A stretch of DNA of 64,000 bases from Azolla caroliniana (lineage: Eukaryota > Plantae > Polypodiophyta). Shown here piece after piece: positions 26,073-36,974 of this stretch (the stretch's first letter is position 1; each line of letters begins with the position of its first letter). The notes beneath the pieces are model-generated. The model did not search any database and was not told the origin of the DNA. It saw nothing but the letters and a program-made list of their open reading frames with translations. Both the position numbers and the translations under genes were made by a program. Location: positions 18,786,001-18,850,000 of the forward strand of contig JBHGNT010000014.1 of the NCBI GenBank assembly GCA_043228905.1, in the 5' to 3' direction.

Positions 26073-27119
26073 AAAATAGTCAGAAGTAATAAATATAAAG
26101 GTCCTCAGCAATGTGGAGGCAGTGGGTATCCGTGATTCATTTATACAATTCAATAAACCAATAATAACAAAGCATTTTCAATGTTCAAGCTCAAAAATTG
26201 AAGCCAACTTGTCCCTCAACTTGGGTACCTTCCTTGAACCTTCACTGCCCGATTCACTCGATTAATGCTCACAAGTCGGCACAACGTAGTTTGACCAGAG
26301 AATCAATCAATCATGGTAATACAAAATAGTAGTAGAGATTTACATCAGCTAGAGGCATGAAACCAACTTGTCTCTCACTAATGCTTACAAATTGGTACAT
26401 GTAGTTTGGCCAAAGAACCAACCAATCAAGTCAACATAATAGTGAATTGGTAAAAATTCACGAAAGTAAACTAGCAGTAATACCAGTTACTAATCATGGT
26501 ATCTATCAGAAAGTAATGAAAACCCTCAAAGCTTCAGCTATATTTTTGGTGTGCTTGCAAACAAAATATCAAACTCCAAAGAGTTTGCTGTGTTGATTCC
26601 AACAATACAAGAAAGACATTATACTATTTAGGAAATCTTGGATGTAGAATTCATTCTTGCAAAGGGCTCAGATTTTTTTCACTCAATACACATATCAAAC
26701 TATATTAGTAGACAAAGATTAATGATCATAAGATGACCCTGACACTTTCTAACAATGAAGGCAAAGTAAAAAGAAAAAAAACCTTACAAAAAATTAGGAA
26801 ATTTGAAATTTTTGGACAATTAATTGAGGGGAAATGTATAGGTTTCGAGGAAGAATGTATAGGTTTCTGTTTTGGGCATTAGTAAATTATAGCTGTCATG
26901 GTATATCGGTTAAGTTAAAGATTGCATTCTTCCCAGATCACAGAAAGGGATATTACAAGCTCAAATGCAACCTTTGCTGCAATGAAATTGAGCTGAAGGA
27001 ATCACACACATATATAGATGTAGATATATATACATATACCTATATCTATAGATATACCTATATATATAGATATCTATATCTTCAATTCGTATGTGAGTGA
27101 TAGCAATATCTTCTTGCTT

Positions 27120-30054
27120 TCAAGTGTATGTTCCACTTGTAAAACTTTGGGTCTTTTGTATACTTTTCGAGGCTTTTCTTGCACCAAATAGGTGCCATTT
27201 GTATCCTCCTTTCTGGTCTAACTGAGCTTTGTCTGGACCTAAAAATTCTGTAGGTGCCCCTGGAGGTGTATTGAACTTCTCTCCCAACCCTGTTGACCCA
27301 AAAGTAGAGCATATTAAGATTCTCTCTATTTATCAAGATATATCTATATAGCCAAATTTCCTGTCTACATCTACTAACAATAGGGCAAAACAACATAAAT
27401 ACCTGGAACATCTACATAAATAATACACAGCAAAGCAACAAATACCCCTACCTAGCACATTTCGGTACATATATACACCCTTTGGTTTGCAATTATGAAA
27501 GGTATCAGATTAAACCTGAGTACTTTCTGGGATGTATATGAAGAGAAACTAGAAATTTTACCTGGGGTACTCCATTTTGATGCAGAAAAGGCATCATGAA
27601 TCCAATCAGCATCTCTCGGCTGCCCGAATTCCCGAAGAGGACCCGATGAGAAATCTGGGGCTGGTTTAAGCTCGTCAACCTGCATATAAAGTTAATAACC
27701 ACTCCACATATTCAGCTATACATATCTTCCTCAGGTAAAAGGGCATTGAGAAAGTAAAAACAAAGGATGGCTTCAAAGCTTCTTGAAAAAACTTTAATAA
27801 GGAACTTGAGGCACACTCTAGAACCTAGACCATATGATATAATCATTCTACAAATAACGGACCCAATTTGGTCCTCCAACAGATGGTCCATCCCAACCGA
27901 TGTGAGCTACATGTTTCACATCAGTCGGATATCCTATCTCCATCTCTTGATCTCGCCATCCTGTCCATGGAAAACACCACCACATAAATAAATGAAAAGT
28001 TCATAATTAATCGATCTCCCAAACTCTTTGGATTACACTCTCCTTAGATTAACATTTTTTGTGGTGTTTCTCTTGACTTTTTGAGGTTTTCCTCATAAGT
28101 AATATCATAAATTACTATAAAGAAATGTTAAAGAATGAGAGAAGAAAGAGGGTAGCTAGTCATCTTTACATATCCAACCTATGTCCATTTCATAGCAATC
28201 CAGATAGCAGATGACCTTATTGCTAATTGACCTATTCTAGCCTTACATAACCCCTAAGAAAGATTACAGACGACCTTATTCCTAATCAACCTATTCTAGC
28301 CTTGATAAATCTCTAATGATGTGATAAGTAGATGTGGCCATTGCCGTTCAGATTGCTCATGACATCTGCTAATTGTCATGTGCATTAAACAAACCCCTAA
28401 TAATATCAGTTACACATATGTTCTTCACTTTAATTGATAGAAAAGAAGTATATAAAGCTTGTTTGATTGTTACCAAAAACCTGCGACATGGCACTTAATT
28501 TCTTTATTGGAGAGAGAGTACTGAAGCCCTTCAAGACAAGTTTCCATTTGGAATGAAGCGAGCCAGATTTTGGTGAGGAGCTGAATGCAGTCATTTCAAA
28601 TGAAGGAACAGAGGATGATGCCATACTGCCTGATTGCAAAATAATGGTATTAACAAAGATAAGAAGATAAAATATGCCTCTATTTCTCCCATAAAATGAA
28701 AGGTTATTTTTTGTTTTCTCTATAGAATATAATACCTTTGCGACGTTTAATTACTCCCTTAGAACGCTTTGGCACACTCTCATAGGTAATGACCTTGGAG
28801 AAGTTTTTGTTGGAGGAAGTTGCTGCCTCAGGATGCATATGTGAGATTGAGATTTCCACATCATCCAGAGGTGCTTTTATAGGATTTCCATTCACTGACT
28901 CTTTAATGTGGTATGGCTTCACTGCTTTCTCTACTTGTTTCTTCATCTCGTTTGCCGATGCAATATCTGCAAATCCAAAGCCTCGGAAACTCCCATTCTA
29001 CATTAAGCATTGGTAAAGAAGTTTAGAAAAACTTTGCTAGAGCAAATACAAGAATTATTTACTTTTTCCAGATCAATGTGAATGCAACATAACATCTAAA
29101 CATGTTTCCGAATCCGACCTCTAAACGAATGACAAAGAAACGTTGGGTCAATACTAAAAAAGCATCTGGTTTGTGCATTGTATACTCGAACAGTATTTGA
29201 TTGTCCTATAAAGAAAAAAAAGGATTACAAAAAGAAAAGACCAATTAGTTTATCAATAAAGGTATGCTAAGAAAAAGAAATTTTGAAATTCTGATTGTAA
29301 AACAAAAAAGAAGAAGTTACCAATAGATCTCTTAGTTGAAAATGCAGTTCAGCATTTCCCAATGGTTTCATGTGAAATTCACCCGCTGTCCCACTTGGCA
29401 TCCATGAGCTACCACCCCCCGGAGCTTCAAACAGTTTCACAGGGCATCTAGCCTGTTAAAAATAAAAACCTCTATTAACCATGTAATTAAGGATCCATGA
29501 TATGTGGAGGAAAAAGCTAACTGGTATGCAAAAAGAAATTGTAATGTTGTTGATTTGTTGAAAAAAGTTTTTCTCAATATGGTTTCTCAATGAGCCTCTT
29601 TTGGAACAATGTTGGGAATCCTGGGAAGAGAACATGTGCACATACAAGAACCTATGCAACACAAAGAGAAAAGCAAATGGCCACATTTGTTTACAAAGAT
29701 TAATCCACATTCTGTGAACACAGGATCAAACTCATCCTTTACATGCTTACACCCATTACTGTTCTACAAAGCATACAATTAGAACCTTCCCTGCCTCTGA
29801 TCACACATTAGAACTCCATTTCTCAACATTTTCAAACAACCTATCAATCCCAATGCCTTTCTCTCAGTTACAGTTGTTAGCAAAGCTTCTACCATCGTCT
29901 CACTTTAACTAAATGAAATGTTTTCTTTTCCATTTCAGGGAACACCTGAGGAAATAGTAAAAAATCCATTTCAACGACACAAAAAAATCTCCATTTGAAA
30001 TGGAGTCAAAGAAACCATTACCACGAAGTTTGGTGGCCAATCAAGTGTCTTCAT
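27120..30054 (-). CDS. RIC-family (ROP-interactive CRIB) protein with N-terminal WH1/EVH1-like domain; exons 30054-30022, 29452-29321, 29205-29119, 28997-28736, 28629-28474, 27960-27863, 27679-27562, 27289-27120 (about 351 aa)
   Basis: Exon 27960-27863 encodes [28 protein letters not shown] (plant CRIB). It is preceded by [20 protein letters not shown] and followed by [15 protein letters not shown], as in RIC proteins. All seven introns are GT-AG with compatible phases (0,0,0,1,1,0,1). Confidence 0.8.
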
Positions 30055-30121
30055 GATCAAACCCTACTGCCTGTAGTAGTTATCATCACTTTTCGTATTG
30101 AGTGAAGGATCTGCATCTCCT

Positions 30122-31674
30122 CTACAACAAACAATCTGTGTGGCCAAAAAGAAAGTAAACCCAAAACAATTTAATGATATAATCAGCAAAAGACCCTATG
30201 CAATATATGTGTGCCTACATTTCTAGATAGTTTTTCCTAGATTTCTCATTGTGAACTCAGTAGATTGATACCACATTAAAGTAATAGTAAATTTATGAAC
30301 ATAGTAGCAAAGATCGCATAAAAAGCTATGATTCTCATAAAATGGGTTGATTTATATACATATATGTTTATACCCTCACAATTTTTATAATATCTTGTAA
30401 AATGGATTAGGAAAGAACATTAAGCAGAAGCAGATAAAGTGGGTGTGATGGTATGCAAATGAAAATAATAGAGGAGAAAATGGAGCCAAGAAACCCTAAT
30501 GAACGGAAAAAATACAGTAATAATAACAAAAGAAAAGAAATTAAACCCAAGTAACACTACTAATCAGAAAAAAGGATAGCACTATTTAAAACCATAGAGA
30601 ATCAAAAAAATCCAAGAACCCTAATGACGGAACTAAAAAAATTACACTAACAAAGATAAAAGATAATCAAACGAACCCACGGAATTCTAATGAGCAAACA
30701 AGAAAGAAAATAAGTAATCATCATAAGCGAGAAAATTTTTAGCACAAAAAATCCTGATGTCACAAAAACATGAAATAAAGAGAGAAAATTATAAGCCACC
30801 GGAACCATAATGACCAGAAAAAGGAAACAGACAGAGAATTACAACGACAGAGAAGAAATTAAGCATGAAAGACCCTAAAACAGATGATTGTGACAGTATA
30901 TACAAAACATATTAAGAGCTGAGAAAGGCAATTAAATTCAAGAAACCCTGAAAAAAAAAATCAGCGGGTGTGACGGTAAATGCAAGTACAATAAAAGAGT
31001 AGAAATTAAATCCACGTCACACCCTAATGATCAGGAATAGGAAAAACGATAAAGAGAGAATCAACTAAGCCCAAGAAACCCTAATGACCAGAGAAAACAA
31101 CAATCGTGTGACAGTACAGGAAATTTCTATTTTTTTTAAACAGAAGAGAAAAAATTACAATTTAAGACCAAAGAGGAAACGGGGAATGTGGCAGTTTATG
31201 CAAGAGATTTATTTATTTTTAAATCCGAGAAACCCTTATGTTTGGAGAGCAACTAGAAAAACAGATAAATCAGTAAAATTATGAGAGACAATATTTAAAA
31301 CACGAAGCCGTGAAGACTAGATTAAAACAGTGATTGCGACAGTAAATGCAAAAAGGAAAGAATAAAATGCATTAAACCTAAGAAACCCTGATGAGCGGGA
31401 GAAAACAGAGAAGTGGGTTGAGTGTGACAGTATATACAAATAAAACATGTATGTATGTATGTATAGCAAGAGAGAAGAAATTAATTGAACACCAGAAACC
31501 CTAATCACTGGGCAAACTAATGAAAACAAGAGGGAAAGAACGAAATTAACCCAAGAAACCCTAATCCATTCCAAAACAAGAGAGGAAGAAATTAATTAAA
31601 CCCAGGAAACCCTAATGAATAGATGAGCTGATTAGAACAAGAGAGATCAAACTGCAGTAGTGACGACCACTTAC
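30122..31674 (-). other. Probable 5'-UTR intron of the RIC-like gene containing degenerate repeats with AAACCCTAA (telo-box) cores
   Basis: Donor CTG|GTAAGT at 31674 after a CT-rich leader; acceptor TTGTAG at 30122; repeated aagaaaccctaatga units. Confidence 0.55.
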
Positions 31675-32019
31675 CAGGATTAGAAGCAAAGAGAGGGGGG
31701 GGGATGGAGAGGGAGAGGGAGAGATAGAGAGAAAGACAGAGACAGAGAACGTGATTTTCTTTCTTTCTTCTTCTTTGTGCTTTGGACGAGGATTGTGGGC
31801 ATGCATTCACAGAGACAGACAAAGAGAGAGAGAGAGAACAGACAGGTGGTCATGGGTTCAACCCCCTACATTCCACAATCATGGCATATAGTGAAATAAT
31901 AATGAGATATCTATTGGAGTAATAGAGAAGTGAGGAAATTGGGTTTCGAACCCAAGACGTAGCGCTAACTCACTAATAGTGTAAATTGACTTACCACTAG
32001 GGTAAGCTAATTACAATTA

Positions 32020-32650
32020 AAAGAGAAAGAGAGAGAGAGAGAGAGAGGGAGGGAGGGAGAGAAAGAAATATATATATTAACATCTTCAAAGACCAAAATT
32101 GACCCATGAAAATTGTATTTACATGGGCAAGAGTAGACTTGAACCAACAACCTCCACCTTATGAGAGAGAGAGAGAGAGAGTGTGTGTGTGTGTGTGTGA
32201 GAGCGAGAGAGAGAAGAGAGAGAGTGTGTGTGTATGTGTGAGTGCGAGCGAGAGAGAGGAGAGAGAGTGTGTGTGTGTGTGTGTGTGAGTGAGAGAGAGG
32301 AGAGAGTGTGTGTGTGTGTGTTATGTTTGGTGGGAGGCTGGTGGGTATTTTTTGTGTGTACTTTTATTGTGGCCACTGGATCCCAAGAGCTAGTCCTTTT
32401 GGGGATTTGAAGAACGTGTATATGTATATGTGTGTATGTATATGTACGTCCGTACGTACAAATGTATGTGATGTATGTATGTATCTATTGTATATGTGTG
32501 TGTGCGTACAAATGTATGTATCTATCTATTGTATATGTATATGTATGTCCGTACGTACAAATGTATGTATGTATCTATTGTATATGTGTGCGTGCGTACG
32601 AATGTATGTATGTATCTATTGTATATGTGTATGTATGGACATACATATGT
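32020..32650. repeat. (GA)n/(GT)n microsatellites and an approximately 40-bp TATG-rich minisatellite
   Basis: Repeated cgtacaaatgtatgtatgtatctattgtatatgt units at 32450-32630. Confidence 0.85.
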
Positions 32651-35600
32651 ATGTATATACTTTCTCGAGACACTATTTTTTGGCATTGAGAAGACTCTTT
32701 TAAAATCCTTAGAACACTCGTTTTGGCTTTTCGATTGGATTGGTTGCCAATGCAAAAGTGGAAGGCGCACGGAGGGAGGGATGGTAATATGAAGGCGAGT
32801 GACCTCCATGATGCTTATTCAAAGTCTCCATCGGAGTGTTTGGAAACTACAAGTTTCAAATGCTCAACTCCCTTTTCCCAACCTATCAATTATCGATGAA
32901 TTTGTTCATTGTAGCTAAAATTTTCTCACAAACGATATAATCCTACCTTCATTTCGCATGTTGAGATGTATTTGTGTCACGCACACGTTCAATGTTTCTT
33001 CTACAACCCCATACTTGTAGATATTGCATGTTACTTTGTCTCTTCCGCCATTTTTGGGAGCGTACGCGATATTAGGTTCTATTCCGGTCATTGAAAGGCT
33101 ATCCATAAACCAATTACCATTGCAAGCTAGAACAACTATCACCTTAACATGTACTAGATTGGACATGTAACGAAATGACCTCCGACCTCTCCTACTTCAC
33201 TTTCTCAAAGAAGCTTTTTTTGCATGCGCGTCTAAGTTCTTTCTAAAAGAATTCACTGAGATATTTATGTTATATGTCAGATATCATATCCATGGAAGGC
33301 CTCAATACCCAACATTTGAACACCTCATGAAGCAAAAAGGCTCTTTTTACATTGCACCAATGGGAGACGTGTTTGTCAAGAAATTTAACTATTTGGTTGA
33401 GTGGAAATTTATCCTTGATCCACAAACACATTGTTTTGGGAATTGATATGGTCTCTTGTTGGATGTTACCAATACTCGAATCTCGATCGAAACGAGGAAG
33501 TGATGTTTCAATCGTGTGTAGGGTTTGCTTTTAAGGGTGTCCCCTTAATCTTTGGGTGTAGAAATTTGGTTTTTACTTTGTCATCGAGGAATGAAAACAA
33601 TTTTTAAATCATTAATGAGAATGTAGGGGAAACCCATCCTAGCGCCTAGTCCTCTAGGCGTTTTCTTTGTTAATCAAAGCGATGATCTCTCCGAGACACA
33701 ATTTGCTCGAGCTTAATTTGTTTTCTTTACCCAAGAAGTAAAGGAATCATAGTGGCATGGTCTAGAACTAACTAGTGCATGCCAAACCTTAATTAATCAT
33801 GTTATGTGATTACCTCCAATGTAGAGTGGTGTAGGATTGATGTTAACAACCCTTCCCCCCCCCCCCCCCCCCCCCCCTTTTTTTCAAAGGATTTGAGCCA
33901 CGACGAAGACATCAAGAATGAGATTAAGAAATTTTTTTATGAATAATGTGGAAGAACTCACATTCTTCTTATCGGTCCCATTGAATACTTTGTTGATTTT
34001 CAATAAGTACATCATACAATGTCTTCTTTCGTATAAATGCTCGGTCTCTCAAACGTGGTATTTTCCTCCATAAAGTTTCACGTATCAAAAACACGACATC
34101 CTCGTATGTAAGATTGAAAGTGTTTCTTTTTAATGAGAAAAGCACGATGCTTTTTTCAAACTTTTATCATGACTCCATGGGTTGGTAGGTCATTTGAGGA
34201 GGTGCAACATGTGCTTTCCACTTCATCATCATGTTGAAAACATTGGGGGAGTTTTAATCAACTTTGAGTCATCTCACAATATTGTTTCACATGGTTTTTC
34301 ATATTCTTTTCTAGAGTATTGCATTTGTCATGCAAAAAGGTGAGAGTTCGTGTGTACTTTAAAAATATGCTGATAGTGACCATTTTATCTCAGAATTTGC
34401 CCAAAAATCATGTTCATGGGTGTGCTAATTTATCCTTGGTGGTAAGGAAAGTTAAATTCTACATATTTTATTTTTATCTTGCCCTTAGACTTACTAATAT
34501 TCGTCAAAAGGAACATGGGCCAGACATACAAGGTGGCCAACTTGACAAAAGAAAGAAAATGGTTTGAGCTTGATACAGAGATACTGATGCACGTGGTTGT
34601 TATTCGGAGTGTGGGTTGGTTTGTCCATGCTATTATTACATTCATATTACTATAACCATTACAATTATGGTATATGAAATTGCTATTTATACCTACACTT
34701 CCATGAATGGAATCCAATGAGTTTTAATTATAATATGAAGATCCATAAAATTTGTAATGCAAACAATATTTATTCGCATAAGCATATTGAAATAGAGATA
34801 TCTTGGTTCACGATTAATATTTTCAAAATCCCGCAACCGAATGAAGTTGTTAGGAGTATTATAAAAGACATTACTTACTATGTTTGATATACATACTTTG
34901 ATAACAAGACATGATGAGCCTCATTTTTTTTTTCCAAAAAAAACTCCTTCCATTAGTTATGAAATTTTACAAATAAGAATGTTATATACAAATCCCATTA
35001 GGGACACGATAGTTCCATCTTATGTGGAGGCCCATGATAAGCCCCATTGATTTGTTTTATTGTCTCACTAAGCTAATTCTTGCTCTAAAACAACTTGGGG
35101 GAACCCAAGAAGGTTACAACGATGATATTAGAGAGATAAACACAACACTTAGAGGGCAATGTCATAACAAAAAGGCTAGAGATAATGGAGAAGATCGTGA
35201 TAGGTAGGGAAGAGCAGTAATAAGATTGAGAGGTGGGGAATGGTAGAGAACAAATGGGTAGCGGTTATGTCGGGGTTGTTTGGATTGCAACCATGTTTCT
35301 ATTAACTTATGTTGTAAATGTGTGGCATGACGTTTTCCCCTTTATGTTAGTGCACTTGACACTCACGAGTCACAATGACAGTTGTAATACACATGAATGT
35401 CACACTAGTTAGGACATTGGGAGGGCATTGATGAGCTTGAACAATAATCTCAAAATTGTAGTAAATTTATTTTTATTGTAGTTTCAACCCATTCTTAGAG
35501 GAAAAAACATTTAAGTATGCTTAGTTTGAATAGTTTTCACTTTATTGCTCTAGTCATTAATCCTAATCATGCGCCTCAATTGTGTTTGTAACTTAGGCCT

Positions 35601-36974
35601 TTGGCATAGTGGAAATGCCAAGCCAAGTGAGTGGCATTGGCGAGTCACAAAATGTGAAAGGGGGTGTTCATATTAGTGACAAGACTAATGCCAAACCTAA
35701 ATAGAGATCATATCACATGGTGCATATAATGTATGGATGGATGCCACATTCCACAAGTTAGTATTTTCAAGAAACAATAAACCAAATCTTAAGGGACGTT
35801 ACAAGTTACAACTATCAAAATAAAAATCTTATCTCAAAATGATAAAAATAGGAAAAAGATGCACACATCATGAATCATTTATATTCATGGATGAAACAAT
35901 GAAGCAAACCATGAGAGCCATTATCTCTAGTAGATCAAATGATCAACCAAGTTCCATTAACACATTTTTGTAATAGTGCCATGAAGTGGGATGATCTAAC
36001 ACTTCAGAATTATAATTTAAAAGTTGCAATCTTTCATTAACAAAGACAAATGGCAATGCATAAAGTATGTCTGTGGATGAAGCTATATGATTACAAGAGC
36101 ACAAGGCAATAAGATACAACATTAGATTTCCAAAGCCATCTTAGAGGGCCTATTGATTTTATTCGTGACTAAACCCAAGCTCTATATACACTAACTTTAA
36201 TTAACTTATCAGAAGAAGAAAAAGAAGATTATACATATGAACAATTTCTTGGCTATTAAGGGCATATCTTGATATTTTTGGAACCTAATTAGGGTACTTT
36301 TCAAATATCTTTCCATACAAAAGGCATTTTCGGAATATTGATACTATCATCCATAAGGATGGTGGTTGACAAACATCCTACATTCGACACCCAAAAAATT
36401 CACCCTCAAGAAGCTTGGTTGATGTGAAGGTGGTAATTATCAGGTTCCAAGCATAATGTTTTCTTAAGTTTGTGATAACCACTGCTTTCTAACCTCAAAA
36501 TTATTACATCCATGTCGGGCATATAAAAGACATCAGCAAGCTGAATTACCATAGTCATTCACAACACAAGGGCACATGCCTAATAACATCCAGCATAAAA
36601 AAATTGTTAAGAGTAAAAGACAACCAATGCATCATTATTCCGGTTCGACAAAAGTGCTGGAGATTACATTGAAACAAACTCAAAGGGGCAACTTCATAAA
36701 CATGTATATAAATGGAACTATTAAAAACACCATTGTCGATGATTTGTCCATGAATAAGATGCACCCTTATACTTAAACAATCAGACTATAGCCCATTGAA
36801 ATGATAGCTTTGCATGGTAAATAATGCGTAGAAAAGGGCTGAAAATATCTCTCGGTTTAGCTCTCATGTTGTATATGGTTACATATTTACGAAAAAATTG
36901 TATATCACAATGGAAATAGATGAAGAGAAAATCAGAATTCACATCACCCATGTGAATGCTTCTTCACATCCAAG

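Noticed and set aside
27082-27411. 109-aa ORF as the last exon of the RIC-like gene
   Set aside because: The phase-1 junction with the CAACAG acceptor at 27290 uses a different frame ending at TGA 27120; the listed ORF is probably incidental.
30480-31620. Interstitial telomere or CRISPR-like array
   Set aside because: Motifs are isolated single telo-boxes with irregular spacing, not tandem TTTAGGG, and the context is eukaryotic with no cas genes.
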